This document shows, in pieces, positions 8,451 through 18,278 of a stretch of DNA of 64,000 bases (its first letter is position 1; the number at the start of each line of letters is the position of its first letter). The notes under the pieces are model-generated. The model was not told where the DNA came from and made no database searches. It was given only the letters and a program-made list of their open reading frames with translations. This stretch comes from an uncultured Alphaproteobacteria bacterium (GTDB lineage Bacteria; Pseudomonadota; Alphaproteobacteria; CAZZKF01), in the NCBI GenBank assembly GCA_964654995.1, contig CAZZKF010000002.1, forward strand, positions 3,113 through 67,112, written 5' to 3'. Both the position numbers and the translations under genes were made by a program.

Positions 8451-10100
8451 TCAGCGGGCGATGTTCTGGCCCGGGCCGGTCTTGTCGATCCACATCCAGC
8501 GGGTCAGATAACGGCCCATGATATTGCCCTGAAAGCCCTTGAGGTAGGGCTTGACCATGTGCCGGTCGACATAGAAATAGATCGGGATGATGGGGAGATC
8601 CTCGAGCATCACCGCTTCCGCCTTGGCCAGCAGGTCGGCCCGGCGCTCCGGATCAAGCTCGCGATTGGCGGCATCCAGCAGCGCGTCGAATTCGGGATTG
8701 GCATAGCCCGGATTGTTCATCGGCCCGGCATCCGAGCGCAAAATCTCAAGAAATGTGTAAGGATCGTTGTAATCGCCGATCCAGCCGTCGCGCGCGACCT
8801 CGAACTGCTTCAGGTTGCGGCTGTTGATCAGCGCCTTCCATTCCTCGTTACGCATCGAAGTGACCACCCCGATGCGCTTCCACATGGAGGCAATGGCAAT
8901 GGCGATGCGCTTGTGATCCTCCATGGTGTTGTAGAGGATTTCGACTTTCAGCGGTTGCTCCCGCGAATAGCCGGCCTCTGCCATCAGCTCCCTGGCTTTC
9001 TTCGTACGCTGGGCTTGCGTCCACTTGGCCCACTCGGGTGTGACCGGGCGGTGGTGGGCGGTGGCCGGCGGCACGAAGGAATAGGCCGGAATCTGTCCCT
9101 GCCGGGTGATCTTGTTGGCGATCACCTCGCGGTCGATCGCCATATTCAGCGCCTTGCGCACCCGCGGGTCCTTGAACTTGTCGTTTTCCAGATTGATGTC
9201 GTAGTAATAGGCGCCGAGATACGGCGTGATGCTGGCCTCAGCCTTCAGATTCTTCATCACCCAGCGGTAATCGGTGAGCGAGATGACATAGGTGAAATCG
9301 AGCTCGCCAGCCCGGTACTGTTTCATCTCGGCCGCCGTGTCTTCGGTCGGGTAGTAGATCACCTTGTCGATGCGGACATTCTCGGCATCGTGGAAGTAGG
9401 GGTTCTTGACCAGCGTGATATGTGACTGCGGCGCCCATTCGGTGAGCTTGTAGGCGCCGTTCGAGATCATGTTGCCGGGCTTGATCCATTTGGTGCCCAG
9501 CGCCTCGACGCTCTTGCGGTGCACCGGATACATGCTGGAGTGCGTCAGCATGCCCAGGAAATAAGGGGTCGGGCGCTCAAGCGTGATCCTGAGCGTCAGG
9601 TCGTCAACCGCCTCGACGCCCATTTTGGACAAATCCGTCTCGGCGCCCGAGGCAATCGCCTTGGCGTTCAGAATCGGATAGGCGATGAAGGCATAGGGCG
9701 CCGCGGTCGCTGGATTGACCAGCCGGCGCATGGCATAGACGAAATCCTGTGCGGTGACCGGATCACCGTTCGACCAGCGCCCGTCCTTGCGCAGATGGAA
9801 GGTGTAGACGGTGCCATCGTCGCTGATTTCCCAGCGCTCTGCCGCGCCGGGAATGAGCGTCGCGTCCATCGCTTCGGTCACCAGGCCTTCGAACAGATCG
9901 CGCTGAATGTTCGATGCCCCCACCCCTTGCGAGGTATGCACATCCAGGGTCTCCGGCTCGGCGCCGTTGCCACGGCGCAAGACGGTCTCCGCCGCCACGC
10001 CGGGCGCAAACACGCCGGCCAGCAGGACCATGCCCGCCAGCACGGCCAGGGCCCGAAGGCCGGTTCCTGCTCGTGGTATCACGCTCACTCCCCTCCCCAT
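8451..10100 (-). CDS. ABC transporter substrate-binding protein, family 5 (oligo/dipeptide-type), paralog 2
   Basis: 549 aa, about 70% identical to the 3202..4833 product over most of the length (ETVLRRGNGAEPETLDVH..., WSNGDPVTAQDF identical); signal peptide; alternative GTG start 18 nt downstream with GGGAGGGGAG SD. No transporter membrane components adjacent. Confidence 0.85.
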   Translation of the reverse strand: MGRGVSVIPRAGTGLRALAVLAGMVLLAGVFAPGVAAETVLRRGNGAEPETLDVHTSQGVGASNIQRDLFEGLVTEAMDATLIPGAAERWEISDDGTVYTFHLRKDGRWSNGDPVTAQDFVYAMRRLVNPATAAPYAFIAYPILNAKAIASGAETDLSKMGVEAVDDLTLRITLERPTPYFLGMLTHSSMYPVHRKSVEALGTKWIKPGNMISNGAYKLTEWAPQSHITLVKNPYFHDAENVRIDKVIYYPTEDTAAEMKQYRAGELDFTYVISLTDYRWVMKNLKAEASITPYLGAYYYDINLENDKFKDPRVRKALNMAIDREVIANKITRQGQIPAYSFVPPATAHHRPVTPEWAKWTQAQRTKKARELMAEAGYSREQPLKVEILYNTMEDHKRIAIAIASMWKRIGVVTSMRNEEWKALINSRNLKQFEVARDGWIGDYNDPYTFLEILRSDAGPMNNPGYANPEFDALLDAANRELDPERRADLLAKAEAVMLEDLPIIPIYFYVDRHMVKPYLKGFQGNIMGRYLTRWMWIDKTGPGQNIAR

Positions 10101-10194
10101 GCGAACGGCTTTCCACCGTCGCCTATCAAGCTAGAAGATGATTGTGGCGAAATCCAGACCGGCCGGCGGCCTGCAATCGCGCCCATGCGCCGGC

Positions 10195-11058
10195 CTAAGC
10201 CCGTGCCGAACACGCCCAGGCGGCGCCGGGAAGCGAGGCTCGCGTGCCGTCGTGATAAGGCGCGAGGACTTTCGCCACCACCGTCTCGGCCCGCCTGATC
10301 GTTTCTTCGTCGGCCTCCGCCAGCAGCCGCGCCACCGGGCCCAACCGAAGGATCAGCCGGGTGACGTCCTCAAGCGTGCCGGTGCCGCCGATGATCATCT
10401 GCCGGTCCATCGGCTCGATCGAAATCTGGGCAAAGCCGGCGCCCTCGAGGATGGCTTCGATGCGGGCCCGCTCGGCCATCGAAAACGGGCCCGGCGCACC
10501 GGGTTCCGGTTCCGGCACTTCGATGAATTCGGCCACTGCCTGGATCGGCAAGGCCGCCCACGGGTTGTCCGAGAGCGCCCGCCAGCAGGCAAACGCAATC
10601 CGGCCGCCGGGCTTGAGCGCGCGGCGCAGATTGGCGAATGCCGCCACCGGATCGGTAAAGAACATCACGCCAAAGCGCGAAAAGATGGCATCGAAGACGG
10701 CGTCGGCGAAGGCATAGGTGGCGGCGTCGGCATTGATGATCTCGACATTGGCAAGCCCCGCCTCGGCGACGCGCTCACGGGCCCGGGCCAGCATCGGCGC
10801 CGAGATGTCCACCGCCGTCACATGGCCACTCTCGCCGACGCGTGCCGCCAGTTGCAGCGCCGTCTGGCCGCAGCCGCAGCCGACATCGAGCAGCCGCTCG
10901 CCCGGCGCCGGGGCAAGGCGATCCATGACCTCGAGGCCGAATCCCTCGATCTGCTGATCCAGCAGCTCCTGAAAGGCGACCCATTTGGCGCCGGCTTCGG
11001 CATTCCAGTATTCGATCTGATCGGCGTTGGGACCGGCGGCTTCGATTGTCTGCATCAT
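10195..11058 (-). CDS. class I SAM-dependent methyltransferase
   Basis: Start at [14 protein letters not shown] (CAGGAGAG SD upstream); [18 protein letters not shown] motif I; upstream 67 codons of the table ORF not called. Confidence 0.7.
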   Translation of the reverse strand: MMQTIEAAGPNADQIEYWNAEAGAKWVAFQELLDQQIEGFGLEVMDRLAPAPGERLLDVGCGCGQTALQLAARVGESGHVTAVDISAPMLARARERVAEAGLANVEIINADAATYAFADAVFDAIFSRFGVMFFTDPVAAFANLRRALKPGGRIAFACWRALSDNPWAALPIQAVAEFIEVPEPEPGAPGPFSMAERARIEAILEGAGFAQISIEPMDRQMIIGGTGTLEDVTRLILRLGPVARLLAEADEETIRRAETVVAKVLAPYHDGTRASLPGAAWACSARA

Positions 11059-11186
11059 GCGCTCTCCTGGGTTTCGGCGCCCCGACCTTAGGATACCGCA
11101 TGGCCCCTGCCAAGAGGGCAACGCACGCTTGCCGCCATGCGCGTCATGAACTAAGTAGACGGCGTAACTCCCAACACGAGCGGACC

Positions 11187-11906
11187 ATGACCGAAGCCGA
11201 GCAAAACAAGGCGGTTGTGCTGCTGAGCGGCGGGCTCGACTCGGCGACCGTTCTGGCAATTGCCGCCGATCAAGGCTATGCGCTGCATGCCCTGACCTTT
11301 CGCTATGGCCAGCGTCACGCCGTCGAGATCGAGGCGGCGCGCCAGATCGCCGCCCGCACCGGTGTTGCCGCCCATACGATTGTCGACATCGACCTGCGCC
11401 GCTTCGGTGGCTCGGCGCTGACCGATGCCATTGCCGTACCCAAGCACCGCTCGGATGCCGAGATCGCTGACGGCATCCCGATCACCTATGTGCCGGCCCG
11501 CAACACGATCTTTTTGAGCTATGCGCTGGCCTGGGCCGAAGTTCTGGGATGCGGCGACATTTTCATCGGAGTCAACGCGCTGGATTACTCCGGTTATCCC
11601 GACTGCCGGCCCGAATTCATCGCCGCCTTCGAGCGCGTCGCCAACCTCGGCACCAGGGCGGGGGTGGAAGGCCGCCGGGCGATTCGCATTCACGCGCCGC
11701 TGATCGAGCTGACCAAGGCCGAGATCATCGCCCGCGGCCTCGCGCTCGGCGTCGATTACGGTTTGACCACAAGCTGCTACGACCCGGACGAGCGTGGCGC
11801 CGCCTGCGGCGCCTGCGATTCCTGCCGGTTGCGCCTCAAGGGCTTTGCCGAACTGGGGCGCCAGGACCCCCGCCCCTATCGCCCAAGGGCAGAGGTGACG
11901 CCGTGA
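11187..11906 (+). CDS. queC: 7-cyano-7-deazaguanine synthase
   Basis: [26 protein letters not shown]... PP-loop SGGLDS, C-terminal CxxC...C zinc motif ([17 protein letters not shown]). Confidence 0.9.
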   Translation: MTEAEQNKAVVLLSGGLDSATVLAIAADQGYALHALTFRYGQRHAVEIEAARQIAARTGVAAHTIVDIDLRRFGGSALTDAIAVPKHRSDAEIADGIPITYVPARNTIFLSYALAWAEVLGCGDIFIGVNALDYSGYPDCRPEFIAAFERVANLGTRAGVEGRRAIRIHAPLIELTKAEIIARGLALGVDYGLTTSCYDPDERGAACGACDSCRLRLKGFAELGRQDPRPYRPRAEVTP

Positions 11907-12541
11907 CCTACGCGGTCAAGGAAATCTATTTCACCCTTCAGGGCGAGGGCGCGAATGTCGGGCGCGCCGCCGTCTTCTGCCGCTTTGCGGGCTGCAATCT
12001 GTGGTCGGGCCGTGAAGAGGACCGGGCAAGCGCCATCTGTTCCTTTTGCGATACCGATTTCGTCGGCACCGATGGCCCCGGCGGCGGCCGGTTCGAGACG
12101 CCGCAGGCGCTGGCCCGGGCGGTCCGCGCCGCCTGGCCCACGGATGGAGACTCTGACCGAGCCTTGCTGGTCTGCACCGGCGGCGAGCCGGCCCTGCAAC
12201 TGGACGCGGCGGCGACCCGCGCCTTTCACGACGCCGGCTTCGAGGTGGCGATCGAGACCAACGGCACCCGGCCGATCCCCGCCGGCGTCGACTGGATCTG
12301 CGTCAGCCCCAAGGCCGGAACGGACCTGGTGGTGCGCCGTGGCGACGAGCTGAAACTGGTCTACCCGCAGGCCGGGGCCGAACCGACACTTTACGAAGGG
12401 CTCGATTTCCGGCATTTCTTCCTGCAGCCGATGGACGGGCCGGATCGGGACGATAACACCCGGGCCGCCCTCGCCTACTGCCTGGCCCACCCGAAGTGGC
12501 GGCTCAGCCTGCAGACCCACAAATATCTCGGCATCGCCTGA
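11903..12541 (+). CDS. queE: 7-carboxy-7-deazaguanine synthase (radical SAM)
   Basis: GTG overlapping queC stop (GTGA); [36 protein letters not shown]... typical QueE N-terminus with CxxxCxxC-like cluster. Confidence 0.85.
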   Translation: MTYAVKEIYFTLQGEGANVGRAAVFCRFAGCNLWSGREEDRASAICSFCDTDFVGTDGPGGGRFETPQALARAVRAAWPTDGDSDRALLVCTGGEPALQLDAAATRAFHDAGFEVAIETNGTRPIPAGVDWICVSPKAGTDLVVRRGDELKLVYPQAGAEPTLYEGLDFRHFFLQPMDGPDRDDNTRAALAYCLAHPKWRLSLQTHKYLGIA

Positions 12542-12553
12542 AAGACCGGGTCC

Positions 12554-12910
12554 ATGGAAATCTACAAGGAATTCTCGTTCGAGGCCGCCCACCGCCTGCC
12601 GAATGTGCCGGAGGGGCATAAATGCGCGCGGCTGCACGGGCATTCATTCCAGGTGGTGGTCCATGTCGCCGGTGCGATCGACGAGCATCGCGGCTGGGTC
12701 GCCGATTTCGCCGATATCCGCGATGCCTTTGCGCCCTTGCTGCGCCAGCTCGACCACACCTACCTCAACGAGGTCGAGGGGCTGGAAAACCCGACGTCGG
12801 AAAACATCGCCCGCTGGATCTGGACGCGCCTCGCCCCCGTCCTCCCCGGTCTTTCCAGGATCGTCATCCGCGAGACCTGTACCGCCGGGTGCATCTACAC
12901 CGGCGACTGA
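12554..12910 (+). CDS. queD: 6-carboxy-5,6,7,8-tetrahydropterin synthase
   Basis: 118 aa MEIYKEFSFEAAHRLPNVPEGHKCARLHGHSF... CxxxHGH motif. Confidence 0.85.
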   Translation: MEIYKEFSFEAAHRLPNVPEGHKCARLHGHSFQVVVHVAGAIDEHRGWVADFADIRDAFAPLLRQLDHTYLNEVEGLENPTSENIARWIWTRLAPVLPGLSRIVIRETCTAGCIYTGD

Positions 12911-12911
12911 C

Positions 12912-13265
12912 TTATCTTCCCCGACTCTTTGCCGCCCGCGCCCTGAACGCCGAGTCCAATGCCCGGCGCCCCCATTCGGCCATCTCGTCGGGGTCGTCGA
13001 ACACCGTGTCCGGCGCCTCGAAATACGAGCGCATTTCACGTATGCCTTCCCGCCTGTTGTAGGTGAACGGGGCAAGGCCCTGTTCCTCGAACAGCGGCCG
13101 GGTGTCATCGTCGACCCGAAGATACAGGCGCTCGGAGAAAATCAGCGCAAACATCACGTCGCCAACGAACAGCCCCCAGCCGCCGAACATGCGGCGTGGG
13201 TCGGGCGCCAGCTCAGGCCCCATGAGTTCGACCACGTAAGCGACGAACTCGGGTGGGCCGGACAA
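12912..13265 (-). CDS. TfoX/Sxy N-terminal-domain family protein
   Basis: 117 aa; ...MFGGWGLFVGDVMFALIFSERLYLRVDD... resembles the TfoX_N domain; last gene of the isc-like string. Confidence 0.5.
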   Translation of the reverse strand: MSGPPEFVAYVVELMGPELAPDPRRMFGGWGLFVGDVMFALIFSERLYLRVDDDTRPLFEEQGLAPFTYNRREGIREMRSYFEAPDTVFDDPDEMAEWGRRALDSAFRARAAKSRGR

Positions 13266-13268
13266 GGC

Positions 13269-13604
13269 CTAAAGCCCCAGCAGGTTGCGGGTTTCCGGTG
13301 GCAGGCGCACCACCAGACCGTCAAGATCGTCGGTCAGCACAAGCTGGCACGACAGCCGCGAGGTCGGGGCGATATGGGCGGTGAGGTCCAGCATGTCGCG
13401 CTCTTCCTCCGACGGCGGCGGCAGCCGGTCATAGAAACGGGGATCGACGATCACATGGCAGGTGGAGCACGCCATCGAGGCTTCGCACGCGCCTTCCATG
13501 TCGATGCCATTGGCCTGGGCGATGTCCAGCACGCTTTCGCCTGCCGGGGCGTTGACTCGGGCGAGAATGCTGCCATCCGCAGCTTGAAAGATGATTTCCG
13601 GCAT
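13269..13604 (-). CDS. fdx: [2Fe-2S] ferredoxin, adrenodoxin/ISC type
   Basis: 111 aa; GACEASMACSTCHV...C pattern of Fdx (CxxxxxCxxC...C). Confidence 0.8.
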   Translation of the reverse strand: MPEIIFQAADGSILARVNAPAGESVLDIAQANGIDMEGACEASMACSTCHVIVDPRFYDRLPPPSEEERDMLDLTAHIAPTSRLSCQLVLTDDLDGLVVRLPPETRNLLGL

Positions 13605-13626
13605 GTGTTTGGGACCAACTCCGACT

Positions 13627-14805
13627 TCAGGCCGCCTGGCTGCGCAGGCGCTCGACCTGGGCGCTTACTGTCTCGATGGCAAAATCGATTTCCTGCTCGC
13701 TGGTGAACCGGCCGAGGCCGAAGCGAACGGCCGCTGCCACCTCGTCATCCGCCAGCCCCAGCGCGGCCAGCACATGCGAGGGCTCGCGCTCGGCCGAGGC
13801 GCAGGCCGCCCCCCAGGACACCGCTAGGTCGCGAAGGCCGGCGATCAGCAGATCGGAGCGCACGCCTGCAAAGCTCAGGTTGAGGTTTCCGGGCCAGCGC
13901 CGGGTCGCATGGCCGTTGAGACGCACGCCCGACAAGCGTTCCCGCAAGCCATCGAGCAGGCGCTTCGACAAAGTTTGGATGCGGGCACGATCGGCCTCCA
14001 TCTCCTGGGCTGCCAGCGCACAGGCCGTGCCCAGCCCGACGCATTGGGCCGGGGCCAGCGTGCCGGAGCGCACCCCCATTTCCTGGCCACCGCCGGAAAA
14101 CAGCGGCTCCAGCCGGATGCGGCGGCGGCGATAGAGCGCGCCCACGCCCTTGGGACCGTAAATCTTGTGGCCCGAGATGCTCATCAGGTCAATGTTCATG
14201 GCCTTCACGTCCAGCGGGATCTTGCCGACCCCTTGCGCCGCGTCGGTGTGAAACAGAACCCCATGGGCGTGCGCCAGCGCGCCGATTTCCGCCAACGGCT
14301 GAATTACGCCGATTTCGTTGTTCACCGCCATGACCGAGATCAGAACCGTGCGCTCGGTGATCGCCGCCGCAAGCGCGTCGAGATCAATGAGCCCGTCCGC
14401 ATCGACCGGCAGATAGGTGACCGCAAAGCCCTCGCGCTCCAGGGACCGCGCCGACTCTAGAACGCATTTATGCTCGGTGGACACGGTGATGAGGTGATTG
14501 CGCCGCGCGCCATAGGCCCGCGCCACGCCCTTGAGCGCCAGATTGTTGGACTCGGTGGCGCCCGAGGTAAAGACGATGTCGCGGGGCTCGGCGCCGATCA
14601 GGGCGGCCACCTGCTCACGCGCCCGCTCGACCGCCTCGGCCGCCTCCCAGCCAAAAACGTGGGAGGTCGAATGGGGGTTGCCGAAGGTGTCGGTCAAGTA
14701 CGGCATCATCGCGTCCAGCACCCGCCGATCGAGTGGCGTGGTCGCCTGATAATCCATATAGACCGGTAACTTAAGGCCTTTTTCCTGGCTTTCGGATGAA
14801 GGCAT
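13627..14805 (-). CDS. iscS: cysteine desulfurase (IscS-type)
   Basis: LPVYMDYQATTPLD (IscS N-terminus; true start may be Met ~14757), SxHK PLP lysine (SISGHKIYGPKGVGALY), C-terminal SSGSACxS-like catalytic Cys (AACASAER). Confidence 0.85.
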   Translation of the reverse strand: MPSSESQEKGLKLPVYMDYQATTPLDRRVLDAMMPYLTDTFGNPHSTSHVFGWEAAEAVERAREQVAALIGAEPRDIVFTSGATESNNLALKGVARAYGARRNHLITVSTEHKCVLESARSLEREGFAVTYLPVDADGLIDLDALAAAITERTVLISVMAVNNEIGVIQPLAEIGALAHAHGVLFHTDAAQGVGKIPLDVKAMNIDLMSISGHKIYGPKGVGALYRRRRIRLEPLFSGGGQEMGVRSGTLAPAQCVGLGTACALAAQEMEADRARIQTLSKRLLDGLRERLSGVRLNGHATRRWPGNLNLSFAGVRSDLLIAGLRDLAVSWGAACASAEREPSHVLAALGLADDEVAAAVRFGLGRFTSEQEIDFAIETVSAQVERLRSQAA

Positions 14806-14808
14806 GAC

Positions 14809-15975
14809 CTAACGTCCCAGTGCCCGCTGCTTGCCGGAGTCCGGGTCGGCCGGCGCCGTACCCACCAGCCTTTCATAAAGCGCCAGCCAGCAGCTTGCAA
14901 AGGCTTCGACATCCTGGGCCTGCGTTGTCCAGCCGAGGCTGATGCGAATCGCCTGGCCAGCCAGCTCCGGCGCGACGCCCATCGCGACGAGCACCGACGA
15001 GGCCCGAACCTTGCCGGACGAACAGGCCGAGCCGGCGCTGACCGCGAAGCCGTCGAGATCGAAGGCGATCACCTGGGTCTCGGCCGCCACGCCGGGCATC
15101 GCCAGGCACGAGGTGTTGGCCAGCCGTGGCGCTTCGGCACCGAACACCTGCACCTCCGGGACCGCGTGGCGCAGCCGCGCCTCGAGCCGGTCGCGCAGGT
15201 CGGCCAGCGCCGCGAAACGCTCGAGATTGTCGCCTGCGAGCCGCGCCGCCACACCGAAGCCGACAATGCCCGGCAAATTCTCGGTGCCCGAGCGTCGCCC
15301 GGATTCCTGGCCGCCGCCAATGATGCGGGCAGCGACCTGCGTGCCCTCGCGCATAACCAGCGCGCCGACACCCATCGGCCCGGCGATCTTGTGGGCCGAC
15401 AGGCTCAGATAATCGACGCCCAGGGCGGCAAAATCGATGGCGATCTTGCCGGCCGCCTGCACCGCGTCGCAATGGACGCGGGCACCGCGGGCGCGGGCCA
15501 GGGCGGCAATTTCGGCGACCGGCTGAATGACGCCGGTTTCATTGTTGGCCAGCATCACCGAGACCAGATCGCCCTCACTCAGACTCTCGAATTCGGTGGC
15601 GCACCGATCGATGTCGATACGGCCATCCCGTGTGACCGGAAGGATACGAACCTCACGGCCGCTGTGCTCGGCCGCCGCCTGCACCGACGGGTGCTCGATC
15701 GCCGAGATGAACAGGCGCCGCGCCCCGGATTCCAGCACCGCCATATTGTTGGCCTCGGTGCCGCCACTGGTAAAGACGATCTGGCGCGGCTCAACCCCGA
15801 CCAGGCCGGCGACTTCTGCGCGCGCATCTTCGATCATCCGCCGCGCGCGCCGCCCCGGGCCATGCACCGACGAGGGATTGCCGACGCACTCCAGTGCCCG
15901 CGCCACCGCCTCGGCGACTTCCGGGCGCACGCACGTCGTCGCATTGTGATCCAGATAAACCGATGTGCCGGTCAT
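14809..15975 (-). CDS. second cysteine desulfurase (NifS-like)
   Basis: Start MTGTSVYLDHNATT at ~15975; SLSAHKIAGPMGVGALV, SAGSACSSG; upstream 78 codons of table ORF not called. Confidence 0.8.
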   Translation of the reverse strand: MTGTSVYLDHNATTCVRPEVAEAVARALECVGNPSSVHGPGRRARRMIEDARAEVAGLVGVEPRQIVFTSGGTEANNMAVLESGARRLFISAIEHPSVQAAAEHSGREVRILPVTRDGRIDIDRCATEFESLSEGDLVSVMLANNETGVIQPVAEIAALARARGARVHCDAVQAAGKIAIDFAALGVDYLSLSAHKIAGPMGVGALVMREGTQVAARIIGGGQESGRRSGTENLPGIVGFGVAARLAGDNLERFAALADLRDRLEARLRHAVPEVQVFGAEAPRLANTSCLAMPGVAAETQVIAFDLDGFAVSAGSACSSGKVRASSVLVAMGVAPELAGQAIRISLGWTTQAQDVEAFASCWLALYERLVGTAPADPDSGKQRALGR

Positions 15976-16000
15976 GGCACAGCCTGAATGAATTGGCGGA

Positions 16001-16513
16001 TCAACCAAGCCGGCCGGTCCGCCCGGCAGCCCCAACGGGAAGATCGTTGCCATTGCCCCGGGCCCGCGGCAGCGGCCCGTCAAACAGCGTCGAGCGCCCG
16101 AGAATCCGCTTGTCCAGCACGTCGGCCACGGTGATCGAACTGAGGAACAGATAGATCTGGTTGCCCAGCTCCTCCCACAGATCGTGGGTGATGCAGCGGC
16201 TGGCGTCACTGCGGCAGCCGCGTGGCGAACCGGGCTTGCACCGTGTCGCGCTCAACGGCTCGTCAACCGCCATGATGATGTCGGAAATGCGGCAATCCTC
16301 GGGCGCGCGGCCCAGCATGTAGCCGCCGCCCGGTCCACGCACCCCCTTCACCAGGCCGGCGCGTCGCAACCGCCCGAACAGCTGTTCCAGATAGGACAGC
16401 GAAATTTCCTGACGCTCGGCGATCTCGGCCAGGGTGACCGGTCGGCCCTTCTGATGCAGGGCCAGATCGACGATCGCCATCACCGAATAGCGTCCTCGCG
16501 TGCTCAGTTTCAC
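16001..16513 (-). CDS. iscR: Rrf2-family transcriptional regulator IscR
   Basis: MKLSTRGRYSVMAIVDLA... wHTH, three-Cys cluster ligands CKPGSPRGCRSDASRC. Confidence 0.85.
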   Translation of the reverse strand: MKLSTRGRYSVMAIVDLALHQKGRPVTLAEIAERQEISLSYLEQLFGRLRRAGLVKGVRGPGGGYMLGRAPEDCRISDIIMAVDEPLSATRCKPGSPRGCRSDASRCITHDLWEELGNQIYLFLSSITVADVLDKRILGRSTLFDGPLPRARGNGNDLPVGAAGRTGRLG

Positions 16514-16580
16514 AAGATTTCTCCCCCTTGCGCCGGTCGGAACGAAAGCCGCCCGCCGGCCTCAAGTCACATTGACAGGC

Positions 16581-17333
16581 TCATCCCGGGCTCGCACCGC
16601 CTTCGCCGGCCACATCTTCATCAGTCACATCGTCCGACGGGTGCGCCGCATAGAGGCCTTCGCCCCGATGTTCGGTGAGCTCGCCCTCGAGCTGCTCGAC
16701 CCGGGCACTCAGGCTTTGCACGGTATTGAGGAGCGCGTTCAATGAGCGGCTGACCGGGTCCGGCAACTCGCCGGCCGGGGTGCCGTAGGCACAGAATTCC
16801 TCGTCATCCTTGGGGGCGCGCCGCACCGCCTTGGCCGGCACGCCGACGACGGTGGCATGATCGGCGACATCCTTGACAACGACCGCGTTGGAGCCGATCC
16901 GCGCCCCTTCGCCAATGGTGATCGGGCCCAGCACCTTGGCACCGGCGCCGACGATGACCCCGTCCCGCAGGGTCGGATGGCGCTTGCCCTTTTCCAGCGA
17001 GGTACCGCCCAGGGTCACGCCCTGATACAAGGTCACGTCGTTGCCGATCTCGGTGGTCTCGCCGATCACCACGCCCATCCCGTGATCGATGAAAAAGCCA
17101 CGGCCGATTTCGGCCGCCGGGTGAATCTCGATCCCGGTCAGCCAGCGCCCGAGATGGGAAATCACGCGGCCCAGCAGCTTGAAGCCGCGCCGCCACAGCC
17201 CATGCGCCAGGCGGTAGAAAAGCACCGCATGAAAGCCGGGATAGGCCAGGACCACCTCGAGACGCGAGCGTGCCGCCGGATCGCGCGTCAGGGCGGCGTC
17301 AATGTCGCTTCGCAGTTCCTCGAAAAGTCTCAT
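16581..17333 (-). CDS. cysE: serine O-acetyltransferase
   Basis: Start [15 protein letters not shown] at ~17333; hexapeptide repeats; unusual acidic C-terminal tail; upstream part of table ORF not called. Confidence 0.85.
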   Translation of the reverse strand: MRLFEELRSDIDAALTRDPAARSRLEVVLAYPGFHAVLFYRLAHGLWRRGFKLLGRVISHLGRWLTGIEIHPAAEIGRGFFIDHGMGVVIGETTEIGNDVTLYQGVTLGGTSLEKGKRHPTLRDGVIVGAGAKVLGPITIGEGARIGSNAVVVKDVADHATVVGVPAKAVRRAPKDDEEFCAYGTPAGELPDPVSRSLNALLNTVQSLSARVEQLEGELTEHRGEGLYAAHPSDDVTDEDVAGEGGASPG

Positions 17334-17438
17334 CAGACCCTTGCGCTTTCGGATCGGGAATATGATATAACCTTGCGCGGCCCGGTGACAGGCCCCGCAG
17401 CCACCCTGTGCGCAACGGAATGAACGCCTGAGATCCGG

Positions 17439-17452
17439 ATATAACCGGTTAT
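17439..17452. promoter_or_regulatory. perfect 14-bp palindrome TATAACCGGTTATA in the AT-rich cysE / hydrolase divergent intergenic region (candidate operator)
   Basis: Seen in sequence; ~105 nt upstream of cysE start, ~190 nt upstream of the divergent gene; region is the most AT-rich in the window. Confidence 0.3.
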
Positions 17453-17630
17453 AGATATCCCGACTGGACAAGTCAAGTTTTGTCGAGGTGTATGCTGTAA
17501 GCGGCTTGGAGTTATTATAAAAAACCAGATCGACAGGCCAGTTTTTTCCACATATTCGATGCAGTTTAGCGCGACTGTGACAGCGGGTCGCGCGGCCTGA
17601 TACGCTCTAGAGAACGAGACGGATTACCGA

Positions 17631-18278
17631 ATGCCAGACGTGATTTTCAACGGTCCCGCCGGTCGGCTGGAAGGGCGCTACACCCCGGGCGCCGGCCCGG
17701 CCGCGCCGATTGCCATCGTGCTGCACCCGCACCCGCAGTTCGGCGGCACCATGAACAACAAGGTGGTTTACCGTATTTTCCATGCCTTTGCCCGGCGTGG
17801 ATTTGCCACCCTGCGGTTCAACTTCCGCGGCGTCGGGCGCAGCCAGGGCACCTTTGACAACGGTGTTGGCGAATTGAGCGATGCGGCCGCCGCACTCGAC
17901 TGGCTGCAGACCTTCAACCCGGATGCGCCGCATTGCTGGATCGCAGGCTTTTCTTTCGGGGCATGGATTTCGATGCAGCTTCTGATGCGCCGCCCCGAAA
18001 TCGCCAGCTTCATTTCGGTGGCGCCGCCGGCCAACATGTATGATTTTGGCTTTCTGGCGCCATGCCCGTCCTCCGGCCTGATCGTTCAGGGCACCGCCGA
18101 CGAGGTGGTCTCCGAAAGCTCGGTCGCCAAGCTTGCGGCCAAGGTCAGCAGCCAGAAGTCGATCACCGTCAAATACGCCAAGATCGAGGGCGCCAACCAT
18201 TTCTTCAGCGACAAGCTCGATGAAATGATGCAGGTGATCGACGACTATCTGACCAGCCGTCTCGGCCCCCCGGCCTAG
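17631..18278 (+). CDS. alpha/beta-fold hydrolase (dienelactone-hydrolase-like)
   Basis: 215 aa; GFSFGAW nucleophile elbow (GxSxG), catalytic His near C-terminus. Confidence 0.6.
   Translation: MPDVIFNGPAGRLEGRYTPGAGPAAPIAIVLHPHPQFGGTMNNKVVYRIFHAFARRGFATLRFNFRGVGRSQGTFDNGVGELSDAAAALDWLQTFNPDAPHCWIAGFSFGAWISMQLLMRRPEIASFISVAPPANMYDFGFLAPCPSSGLIVQGTADEVVSESSVAKLAAKVSSQKSITVKYAKIEGANHFFSDKLDEMMQVIDDYLTSRLGPPA

Noticed and set aside
11059-11186. Possible preQ1 riboswitch upstream of queC
   Set aside because: Looked for preQ1-I/II hallmarks on the plus strand; no convincing match by eye. Would need cmsearch to exclude definitively.
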